Assembly (NCBI GenBank): GCA_951406725.2
Contig: OX597823.1
Coordinates: 15,500,001-15,564,000, forward strand
Length of the DNA: 64,000 bases
From: Octopus vulgaris
Lineage: Eukaryota
Reading direction: 5' to 3'
Made by a program: the position numbers and the translations under genes. The notes beneath the pieces were generated by a model. The model saw nothing but the letters and a program-made list of their open reading frames with translations, did not search any database and was not told the origin of the DNA. Below, in pieces: positions 52,881 to 64,000 of this stretch. How positions within the stretch are numbered: the first letter of the stretch is position 1; the number at the start of each line of letters is the position of its first letter.

Positions 52881-53050
52881 ACTACATTATCCAATGTGTA
52901 ATTTCTTTCCAAGGGGACATGATCTTTCATTTCTCAGGGGTTCATAAAATAAGTAGCAGGCACATAAGAAAGATCAATTTAATATAATAGTCCCCCTCTT
53001 CATATGTGCAACCATTTGCCAATATTGGAAATCATTAGAGTGAAGATATA

Positions 53051-53276
53051 TTTCTTTATTACCCACAAGGGGCTAAACATAGAGGGGACAAACAAGGACA
53101 GACAAATGAATTAAGTTGATTACATAGACTCCAGTGCGTAACTGGTACTTAATTTATCGACCCCGAAAGGATGAAAGGCAAAGTCGACCTTGGCGTAATT
53201 TGAACACAGAATGTAACGGCAGACGAAATATGGCTACGAATTGCAGCCGGCATGCTAACGGTTCTGCCAGCTCAGC
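53051..53276 (-). mobile_element. SINE family B copy
   Basis: Similar to 2733-2962. Confidence 0.83.
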
Positions 53277-53835
53277 AAGGACAAAGTGCCAGACTAAAAA
53301 GTTTAAGAGTATCTAATCTTGTCCTTACCAGTTCAAAGTTCAAAATTCACCATAAGGAATGAAATAAGTACCAACAATTTATATAAGAATCCATTTTAGC
53401 CAACAAGTATATTATGGCTCTCAAAACACATTGGCTTAGTCAAAAGAAACTGTTGTTTCAACTCTTGGTTGTTGCTGTTGTAGCTCTAAAGAATGCAGTT
53501 ACTGCTACTTTTTGTTATTGTTCTAAAGGATATGATTACTGTGCTGTTGTTGTTGGCAGGGGTGGTGTATTCTGAAAGAGGTGCCAAAAAGAAAAAGCTG
53601 TTTGTAAAACAGAAGTTGATTAAGCTTGTGAGAAATGCATGTAGCCAATATCTGAAGTGAAATGTTGTATGGTTAATACCTGAAATGGACAAAATAATTT
53701 AAAGAAGATGTACTCTTGAAAGGAAATTACATTACTTAAGAACCTAAGAGCGGTATTTGGAGACGAGACAAAATGGAATTAAGGTGTGACCAAAGTATTG
53801 AAATAGAGATCATTATGTAAGTGCAACAGGGTACA

Positions 53836-54000
53836 GAGAGGCACTTGACCAATAAAGGCCAAATTACAGAGAAGTTCCTGACTGATCAAGGCCAGATTAC
53901 AGAGAAGCTCCTGATCAATCAAAGTCAGATTATACAGAAACTCCTGCCCAATCAAGGTCAGATTACAAAGAAGCTCCTGACCAATCAACGCCTGGTCAAA
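53836..54000. repeat. Five degenerate 33-bp tandem units
   Basis: Unit consensus roughly GAGAAGCTCCTGACCAATCAAGGCCAGATTACA; reads as an 11-aa repeat (EKLLTNQGQIT-like). Confidence 0.8.
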
Positions 54001-54520
54001 GCTATTTCCAATTTATGATTGAAATCATTTAACACCACTAAAGCCCTTGAAAAAGCACAGACTCTACAAGTGCTTATTTTCTTCTCAATAACCTTATAAT
54101 TAAGGAATATAATCAATAGTAACAAAAAAGTTAGAAAAATAAGGCTCACTGGTGGCCAGGCTCTATAAATTAAATGTAATTGAAAGTTTGCTAATTCACT
54201 AAACGAAAACATTTTAGATGGGAATCCAGTTGAATTTTCCAACTGACTCTAAACACATTGACATACATTTTTCTAAAAGTATTAAATTCTAAAAACTAAG
54301 AAGTATTTTATCCTTAAAGAACTATTGTAATTATCAATGATGTTGAAAATTACAGCAAACTAAATTTAGCCCCTCAAGAAGGATTAACAATGGGTGTTAT
54401 AGTACTTCAGGTGCTAACTGAATAGTACCTAAACAGTAGATGACAAGAATATCATGTCTAAATGTCTGGGGTGAGTCATTAATAAAATTATAATTTCTTA
54501 GACTATTAATGTCTTTAGTG

Positions 54521-54726
54521 TTTAACCTTTCAGCATTTAGATTTCTTTATCAGATATAGTGCTTATTTATTCACATTGTTTTTGAATTAATCATGCATTA
54601 TCTTGTAGCTTCAAGATTTCAGTGATGTGAGAATGACATTGTAGGTTAAGTGTGAGAGGCCATATCTGGTCAGTTTGAACTTAAAACATGTAGAATAATC
54701 AGGCTGGTTCAAATGTTGAAGTGTTT
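54521..54726. mobile_element. Decayed copy of the piggyBac-like MITE at 288-508 (opposite orientation)
   Basis: Shares reverse-complement blocks such as gtgtgagaggcc.atctggtcagtttgaac and catgcattatcttgtagct. Confidence 0.6.
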
Positions 54727-57700
54727 ATATCTACATTACATTTTGATCAGTTTGATTTCTGCTCATCAATTGGGAAATAGAGGTTAATAGTTCAAATCCA
54801 GTTAGGGACAACTTATACAGGACACCAGTTGACAATTACAGACAAAATCAATCAAATTGTTGTTTAGATTTAAATTAAAATCTACAAAATAAAACTAGTT
54901 TTTTAATAGCCAGAAAAATTATACTTATTAGGAATATTTTAGCTGTAGCAAGGAACTTTCTGGGCTATGTGGAAACTACAGTCATGACACATGACTAAGA
55001 GGATATGAAGCTTTTAGGGTTTTGTAATGCACCTTTATTAAAGGTTGCTTTCATGACTAAGGGCAAAGAGATAGATTGGTTTTGTTGTAAAAGGAACAAA
55101 AGGGAAAGAAATGATGATAAACATAAAGTCTATCTCCACAATCAAATGTAGCCAACAACATAGATTAATGGTTAGCAGACTCAAGAAAAGGAAAGAAATC
55201 CTAATTATTGTTTAACTCCAAGCCAACCATAGTCAAGTAGAAATATATTATAAAGAGCATACCAGCTATAACCATATCATTTTTTTTTCTAATTACAGTG
55301 TATCTAGGACTATATTATCAAATGCGTCCTTCCTTCTCTTCCTTCTTAAAACTTGGTATGACCTAAGGAAAATTCAGCTGATATTTGTAGTAGCTAGTCT
55401 CCTTATTTAGTTCAAACCTTGTGTAAGGTGAGAGTGGGTGGAGACAGCTGTAGAGATTAAATGAGAGCTAATGAAAAGAAAGATATCAAAAAAAAAAAAA
55501 AAGAAAATTAAAAAAAAAAAACAGCAAGATTTTCATAGAAAGTTGTTAAAATGTTAAAAGCATCAAGATTGGCATCAGAGCAGGAACTTGCAAGGTGTAT
55601 CTTAAGTGCACTGATATGTAGCAGAGAATCCTAAGCACTTACGTCAGTTGTTAGGTATAATGCACTGGATATGTAATATGAAGCTGACAGACAGGTTGAA
55701 CACAAATGGGTTATTAAAGCATCAGGATATGAAAATCAGCAGCCAATGATTCCTAGAAAAACAACTGTATTGAGCTATTGTAAGTGACGCAAAGAGACAA
55801 TGATAAATGCCGAGTTAAATATTTTTAAAGATGTTAGTAAAGGATTTAGTGCAACTGCTGGATTCCTACTTGTGAAATTAACCTGCAAGTGGTTGAGTAC
55901 TCCACAGACATACAACCTGCTGCAAAGACTGAATCAATGTGACACTATGTGATAAGGTTGAACCTTTGAATAAAAGAAAGAATCTAGAGAGGAAGAAAGA
56001 AGTATCAATTCAGTACTGGCCTGGTATTTTGACCCTGAATGGATGAAAGGGCAAAACTGATCTCAGTAGGGTTTTATTGGACAGTAGGGTTTTATTGGAC
56101 TCAGTAGGGTTTTAACTGAGTCCAATAAAATAGGACAAATATTGTAAGATATTCTAACCAAATCTGTAGTGATTCTGCCAGTTCATTGTCTTAAAGGATA
56201 CATAGGATAGAGTAAGTCAAACAAATATTTAGCATGAGGTAATTAGGTGAAACCATAAAAACAATTGAAGCTCACATGGGGTGCCACAATATTTTAAAGA
56301 TATACAAAGTCAGTGTAACAAGAGGCGCACAAAACCATGCTATCAATAGGAAGCAGTGAAGGTCACATACATGCTCACAAACACTCATGAAATGATAACA
56401 GATTTGAAGCATAAAACTAAGTTTTAGAATTTAAATAAATTTTTAGATTTAAATTACAAGATATAATCAGTAAAAAGAAGCATTAGATGGAGAAATACTC
56501 AAATACAAAAGGGGACAAGGAAATATGCTATCGTTAACAAAACCAAGGTACACAATGCCTTGCCCTCTCATCTCCGTATGGAGTTGTAGGAGTGCCTTTG
56601 AGATTTTTAAACCCAGAGATATTTAGGCTCTCCGGCCTAAACAGTACTATGAGGGAGTTTGGAGCCAATGAAAAATATTTAAACAGTTTTTGAAATTACT
56701 GAAATAAAGAGACATGTAAATTGGATAAGCAAACTATCCTCAAGGCCAATAGTCCGTGATGTGTTTACGGTTCCCTTGTATAGCACTATACATAAGAATG
56801 GTTAAAACATTTCTAAAAAGGGCAGCTGAGTTTTGTTAACACTGAAATTACCAGTATTATTCTAATTTTCCATAATATTTGTGTTAGTGTGATTCCACTG
56901 GGTGAAACCATAGGATAGAGAAATAGATAACCTTAGGAAAAGATAATTACGAATGCCTTCTCTAGTTTCTGACATAAAATCTTTCCATGCTCAATTTTAC
57001 CTTTAAGGGAAATCTTTAATTTTTTTCTTGTTTGTTAGTTTGTTTTTTTAAACAAATAGTTCAGGTGTGGCTGAGACAAAAGAGAATGAAACTAAGTGCA
57101 TTACGATATTTATTTCTTCATTTCATCATTAAAAAATCTTAAGTGAAAATTCTCTGTTATTCCCCAAGGATTGATCAAATGAGTATCAATCATATGCAAT
57201 TGATTGAGTTGTCTATACACTCTACAAAAAAAAACACTAGACTAGAACTTAAACCAGTATTCACTCTGACAGAAAATCTTAAACCAATAATTATAGGGAT
57301 AGAAGACCTAGCTGTGTGTCTAAGAAGTTATTTCCTCAGCCACTAATAGGAAACCACTCCAAAGTATTCTTTTCACAGAAGCTTAAGAACAATCTCTGTA
57401 TGTGCATTTGTATTCCTTTTTTACCATCAATCAGGAAGACAATTGAATTACAATGCTGAGGAGGAGTAGTAAGACCAAAATAGGTCTGAAATTGTCCACC
57501 TATTTCCAGTCTTAATTTAGACTTTAATGCCTCAATTGATTTGATTCGATTTGCTTTTCTTAGTTACCTCTTTTGCCTTTGGTTTGGTAGAGTTAATTAT
57601 TGTTCAAAAATGTCTGTCACTCCTCAATACAAATATAACTCCCTCGAGACATAAGTTTTCTCTTGGAAACAGCACTGGTAGTCACTCCTATGCCATGGAA

Positions 57701-58329
57701 TTGAACTTGGCACTTGACAAATTACTGTCAATTCTATAAAGCTTCTGTTCTTGACAGCTGTAAAGTATACCATCCTCAATACAGGTGGATTTGTCTATTC
57801 AGTTAAGTGGCTATCAAGACAATATCATGTCATAAACAGGATATGAACTGATGGCTTCTTAAGTGCGTCATCCAGCCAACTCAGCCAATCACTTTTTCAA
57901 GCTTATCAAGAGATAAACTAGTCAAGAATCTGCTTATGTGGACCTTTTCTTTCTTACCATTCCCTTTGAAAGAAAAGCTTATTTCTGTAGCTGATATTTC
58001 ACACCTTGTCAATTACAATTTGATACAGGTTTATCAAGCCAGCTTACTTTTATCATCAACATTCTTGAAATCATTCAAGATAAGGAACACTTTATGCACA
58101 CCACATATTATTTCATACCTCTTAGTATTCTATTTGCATAGTTGTTTCCCAGTACAGCCAATATCTTTCAACATCAAGTACAACACACATATGAACCACA
58201 TATCTATATCATTAACACTAACTTGTAGCACTTGATAATCAATTACACTTCATTTTATTTGCTGGAATTCAGTTTATTTGCAGCTACCATTCCAAACAGT
58301 GTACCCTAGGTAGAAATTCCATACAACAT

Positions 58330-59480
58330 ACCCAGTGCAAGCTATGGACATATAAGAAGTGCAGCGGTATCACAGGATAGTTAACAGAGAAAGTGTGTGG
58401 CAGATGTGTACACTAAGAATGTACAGGAAACGGACTTCCTCAAATGTCCGGGGGGGGGGGGCCTTAGAAGTAGCAGATTGCTTCTGTTACCTAGACAACC
58501 AATTTAACAGTGGAGGAGGATGCTATGAAAGCATAGCTGCTAGAATCAGAATGGGCTAGGCAAAGTTCAGAGAGCTACTACCATTGTTGATAACAAACAG
58601 CCTCTCCCTCAGAGTATAATGCCTGTGTTCAGGCAGCTATGCTACATGGCAGTGAAACATGGGCTGCGACTGCAGAGGACATGTGAAGGTTTGAAAGAGA
58701 TAAAGCCAGATGTGTTACCAGTGCTGGTGGCATGTCGAAACTACTTGTGAAGACCCGTTGAGGCAAGTGAGGATCAGAATCGAAATCGATCAATAGAAAT
58801 TGCAGATGTGTTACCAGTGCCGGTGGCATGTAAGAGAACCTTCCATTTCGCGACCGTTGCCAGCACCGCCCCGTTTCGTGTCCGTTGCCAGCCTCGCCTG
58901 GCCCTCGTGCCGGTGGCACATAAAAAGCACCATCCGATCGTGGCCGTTTGCCAGCTCTGTCTGGCACCTGTGCGGGTCGCACGTAAAAAGCACCCACTAC
59001 ACTCATGGAGTGGTTGGCGTTAGGAAGGGCATCCAGCCGTAGAAACACTGCCAGATTTGACTGGGCCTGATGAAGCCTTCTGGCTTCACAGACCCCAGTA
59101 GAACCGTCCAACCCATGCTAGCATGGAAAACGGACGCTAAACGATGATGATGATGATGATGAAAGCCAGCATGCTCAGCTTGATGTGCTATGGAAGTGTG
59201 CATTTGCACAATTACAAAGTGTAAGTGCTTCAAGGGAAAAAAAATGGATATAAGAGGAATCAGATGTGTGCAAGAGAAAAGACTGCACTGGTATGGACAT
59301 GCGATGTGTATGGATGAGAACAGCTGCATAAGTGCCAATCCTTAATTGTGGAGGGAACCTGTAGAAGAGGAAGATGTGGGACAAAGTGATGAGAAACAAC
59401 CTTCAGATGTTGAGCCTCACAGATGAGATAACAATGGACTGAGACTTCTGGTAATCCACTGTACTTGAGGAGACAGGTCA
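58330..59480 (+). pseudogene. Decayed RTE-like LINE 3' region, interrupted by a family C retroposon
   Basis: LEVADCFCYL...GGGCYESIAARIRMG, AMLHGSETW and QEKRLHWYGH remnants. Confidence 0.75.
58710..59161 (+). mobile_element. Family C copy with the longest divergent 5' region, bounded by a TSD
   Basis: TSD aaagccag at 58702-58709 and 59162-59169; extra upstream monomer types. Confidence 0.85.
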
Positions 59481-59499
59481 AGCTAAGTATATATATATA

Positions 59500-59790
59500 C
59501 AGCAGTACCTCAGTTTTCGAACAACTCTGATCGCAAATAAATTGTGCTTTATATATGTGTATGTATGTATATATCATCATCATCGTTTAGCGTCCGCTTT
59601 CCATGCTAGCATGGGTTGGACGGGTCAACTGGGGTCTGTGAAGCTGGAAGGCTTCGTCAGGCCCAGTCAGATCTGGCAGTGTTTGACTGGGCCTGACGAA
59701 GCCTTCCAGCTTCACAGACCCCAGTTGACCGTCCAACCATGCTAGCATGGAAAGCGGACTAAAGTATGATGATGATGATGATATATACAC

Positions 59791-59836
<46 letters not shown>

Positions 59837-59989
59837 GACAGACAGATAGATAGATATAAAGCACAATTTATTCGTGATCAGAGGCATTCAAAAACCAAGG
59901 TACTACTGTATTAAATGAATATGAGAAAGGCAGGAGATAAAGTACAATTTATTCATGATCACAGTTGTTCGAAAACACAGGTTCTACTG
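59500..59989. mobile_element. Tc1/mariner(pogo)-type MITE with one left and two right TIRs, containing a fold-back family C dimer
   Basis: TA+CAGCAGTACCTCAGTTTTCGAAC... (59500-59551) is inverted relative to 59857-59908 and 59938-59989, each followed by TA. Confidence 0.7.
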
Positions 59990-60551
59990 TATATAGAAAA
60001 TATTTACTGCAAATCAACAAACATCCTAGACTGCATTAAAGAAGAGGCCATCCAATGTAATTGACAAACCTTCAATCACTAACATTACAAGCATAAGCCC
60101 ACCTACACATTTTATCTGTCTCTCCTACCATTATCACAATAGTTCATGATTCTCTGAACAGAATACATTTCATCTAAGCCAATGGTTTCCAACCTGGCGT
60201 CTGCAAAGGTAGTACTGGGGATCCGTGAACTAAATTCAAAATTTCATATATATATATATATATACATACACACATACATAAGGATAAGCATATTTTCTGA
60301 GGGAAAACTCATTCAAATAAAAGGGTTCAGAAGCACTGAGCTAAGCCAACATGATCCACATGTTTCTCCTCCCTACTGCATCTTGCCCCCAACCAAAATA
60401 CTGTAACTAAACACACTTCTTCCAGACCAATTCTTCTCCACATTTACCATCTTTTGGATCTTTCTTCTACTCATGTCAAAAGACATCAACATGCAAAAAC
60501 TAAATCTGAACATCAACAACACTAATCTCACTAGTTCAGAAGGCCTGAGGT

Positions 60552-60555
<4 letters not shown>

Positions 60556-60596
<41 letters not shown>

Positions 60597-60602
60597 GTAT
60601 TT

Positions 60603-60658
<56 letters not shown>

Positions 60659-60750
60659 GTATATGTATGTGTGTGTATGTATATATATATATGTATATGT
60701 ATATATGTATGTGTGTGTGTATATATATATATACACACACATATATATAT
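60556..60750. repeat. Compound (TA)n/(TG)n/(CA)n microsatellite
   Basis: Seen directly; it is the source of the YIYI ORFs. Confidence 0.95.
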
Positions 60751-62422
60751 GGACACTGTCATCTCTACCCAGCCCAAAATATAAAACGCAAATTAGTTCT
60801 TAAAATTAATTTATGATGGCAGAGATATTTTCCAAATCTTTAAAAAATGCTTTCCTTCTCTCTCTCCTTCTCTCAACTGATATATATATATATCAAATGA
60901 AAGAAAATTATCTTCAGAAGTTAAAAGAACTTACAAATCTAGTACTAAACTCAAGATTGCCAAGCTAAATTACCTCTCAGTAGTCACAACACTGATTATT
61001 ATAAGTAACATTCTAAAAAAAATCTTTCTTGCTTCTCCACAGTTAGGTGAATGGAGATATAGACAAGTGTTGTAATATCAAGTGATCCAATCTCACACAC
61101 AAACTAGTCTCGAAAAGCTGAATTTCATGTATGAGATGTTGGCTCTCCTTCTCAGGAGCTTTTTTGTTACTTTTTCTCTATCTGACTCTATAACTTTCAT
61201 AATATTTATAAGTATTAACAGTACTTTACAATAGTAATAATACTGGCCCATGTAACTCATTGACTTTTAAATTTGTTGCAAATTTAGCTAACAAATGTCA
61301 TGAACAAATTATATTTAGGTCAAAATTAAAACTATTTATTCTTTTATTAATGTATTGTTTGGTGGTGGTGGGGTCTTGATAGTAATTTAGCTGCTATAAT
61401 TGACTCAAATGGAAGATTAACAATAAATCTTGTATAGCAGCACCACAGTTTTACTTAAGTAGATCCTATATCACAATATAACCAACAGAATGAAGAAAGA
61501 TTCTGTCAACAAAATTTAATGATAGCTATATTGTCCTTATGGTGAAGCATATTATCTTAAGCTGATCGATTAGTTGGGACAGGTGACATCTCTGATTCAC
61601 ATGTCATTGCTGTCTGACATTAAATCATGCAATTCCCCCTCATTATAAGGATGGTAAGAACTTTCCCTGTTGGTTCTGGGCAATGACTTTGATGAAGACA
61701 AGTAACTACTTTTACTAGTTTATAACCCAGAGTTATAAACTATGCCAAAAATTTTACAGCAGATAAAACACTTGATATCTTAATACACTTCTGTGCATCC
61801 AATCAAATTTTATGACCCCAACAGCCTCCTGTAGAGATCTTTAAAATAACTATTTTAATATCTTTTCAAAAGAGACCAAGAATAACTTGTAGGAAACATT
61901 TTTTTTTTTTTTACAAGCAACTTTCAATGCATTAAAATAGAAATATTTAATTAACATTCCAGATAAATTTTCAGTGGGAATTTCCATAATAAATTCTCAT
62001 TCTCATTAATTTTCTTTAGTTCCACTATTTAGCAATTAAGGGTATGAATTATTTCAAATAATACACACACAATCACTAAATCTTTTCCCACTAATTCTAC
62101 ACAACTTTATCTTCATCCAAAGAAATCAACATGAAGCAAAATTACAGAAATATATTAGTGTTCCTAAACCAAAAGTAAATCTGCCATGAAGATTGCAAAG
62201 TGGGAAATGAAACTAACCGACTCTAAGACAATAATTTTGGCTATGATCACTCTATCAGACAGATTATTACTGCAAATTCTCATAAACTAGGCTTTACTGA
62301 TCTATCCAATACTTAAACTGAAGTGTAAACAGGGGTTGATAGAGTCCTAAAAGAGAAGAAATGTTCGTTTCAATCCTTTTTCTTTAGAAGTTTGCATATA
62401 TATATATAATAGAAAGACTTAC

Positions 62423-62520
62423 TTATTGTACAGATGGTTATCCTTCCTCACTTTGGTAAATGCCTTAAAATCATCAGGCATTAACATGACTGGCACAGGT
62501 ATATGGCTCAGTTCATTGAT
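62423..62520 (-). CDS. PIP4K2: PIP4K2 coding exon (first visible): [32 protein letters not shown](K)
   Basis: tttcag acceptor, gtaagt donor, 98 nt. Matches the PIP4K2 N-lobe pattern [17 protein letters not shown]. Not in the ORF track. Confidence 0.95.
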
Positions 62521-63420
62521 CTGAAAATAAAATAGGATATCAATTAACCGTTTCATCAAAACTGTTAGCACAAGTTACAATAGAAAAAAATAAGGATGTT
62601 GTCTTATAATAAGTGGCAGTTTATTTGTTATTTACAAGATGTTTCCTTGATAAATGTACTTGTTTCAGTCCTAGTCACTTGCATTTAAAATATGTCCATT
62701 ATGAGATACCTGTATTTTTTTTTTTTTTTTAACCTGACAACTCACTCTATCACATCTCCTCCTCCTCCTCCAAGAGTTGAAGCAGTTAAACCAGAAAAGC
62801 ATTATTTCAAGGTATGAAGAAATAATCTTTTGTAAAGGGTCTCAAGAATGATAACCCAATTTAAGAAGGTTATCTTTCAATTCTTCTGAATATTACTACA
62901 TGCAAGATACCAATTAAAACATGTAAAACTTTGAAAAACAACAAGTCAAAAACTATTGAAAATGTTAATTACATGGTATACTAGAAATTTCCATATTTAA
63001 ATAACACTATTTTGCTAGTTTCCTGCCAACAAAGGGAATGGTATAATTATTAGTGAAATAATTTAAAAAAATAGGTATTAATAGTACAATATGAAAAAAA
63101 CATAAACCATAAAATATTTTGTAATTTTAAGGAAAGCCATAAACTATTAGGGAATGTCTTACTGAGTGACACACTCCAATACTTAAAGGATGCACTGGGA
63201 AATTTTTAATTATCTTTTCCATGAAACAAAGCCCTGATAGTTTTTAGTATTATGCAGGAAGCCTTAGATTTATCAATATGAAGAACTAGGAAATGTATGA
63301 CATTTATGTACTTGGTGACCATTTAAGCAAAATAAATTATGCAGTTAACTGAACTACAGTGTATAACACCATTTTCTTTCTCTATATGCCAAATCATCAT
63401 GGAAGCTAAACAATTTGATA

Positions 63421-63460
63421 AGAGAGAAGGGAGAGAGAGAGATAAGAGAGAGGGAGAGAG

Positions 63461-63552
<92 letters not shown>

Positions 63553-63560
63553 CGCACGCA
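63421..63560. repeat. (GA)n-(TG)n-(CG)n microsatellite
   Basis: Seen directly in the sequence. Confidence 0.95.
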
Positions 63561-64000
63561 TGAACATACACACAGAGTGAAAGCTGCTTATTCTGACCAC
63601 TTTCAAATGGGGAATTTTAGACAATAATAATTGGTTGGTAATGATAGTCATATGATAACATTATCCATGATTATAATAAGCAGACTCCACTGTGGGTGTT
63701 TTGTATGTATTTAAAACAGATTTGTTTTAGAATTAACCAATGATGGTAATACCCCAAATCTTCAGCAGAACAACATTGTTACCAGAAAAAAAGCCAGTTT
63801 CTGGCTTTGTTAGTCCTCATCATTGAAATTTAATCCTCCAGTTCTGTCTAGAAATCATAGCCAAATCACATAAAAATTGTTGCTCAGCTTTGCATGAGTG
63901 GAGGAACTAATTTGCATGTTGGTACAAGTTTAACAACAGTTATAAATTTTGTGTATACACCAACAAAAGATGAAAAACAAAATATATTTAGTACACCAAA

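Noticed and set aside
59060-59100. CTGATGA-AGCC-TTCT-GGC in some family C bodies as a hammerhead
   Set aside because: No GAAA follows the stem and other copies read CTGGTGCAGCC, so it is only a hairpin.
60473-60816. Stacked ORFs rich in YI/HT/CV repeats (also 28377, 63323 and inside SINE A)
   Set aside because: These are translations of dinucleotide microsatellites.

Overview
AT-rich, repeat-dense eukaryotic DNA. The SINE families and microsatellites look like octopus/cephalopod sequence, which is an inference from repeat recognition rather than a database hit. The whole window lies inside one minus-strand gene, a type II phosphatidylinositol-5-phosphate 4-kinase (PIP4K2). Seven GT-AG coding exons (62423-62520, 24231-24327, 13263-13412, 6176-6322, 4608-4646, 3380-3493, 1-143) splice in frame; the first exon and the 3' exons lie outside the window. 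The introns, including one of about 38 kb, hold several tRNA-derived SINE families, an (ATG)n-tailed retroposon with a variable 5' array of structured ~62-nt monomers, RTE and HERO LINE fossils, a decayed mariner, a DD37D-like Tc1/mariner relic and several MITEs. Almost all entries in the ORF track are spurious frames in these repeats. The most interesting signals are RNA-structural: an intact type I hammerhead ribozyme inside a fold-back (Penelope-like) element at ~1.2 kb, two degenerate hammerhead-like relics, the hairpin/pseudoknot monomer arrays, a HERO 3' UTR with permuted hammerhead-like motifs, and several long fold-backs that would form dsRNA in the pre-mRNA.
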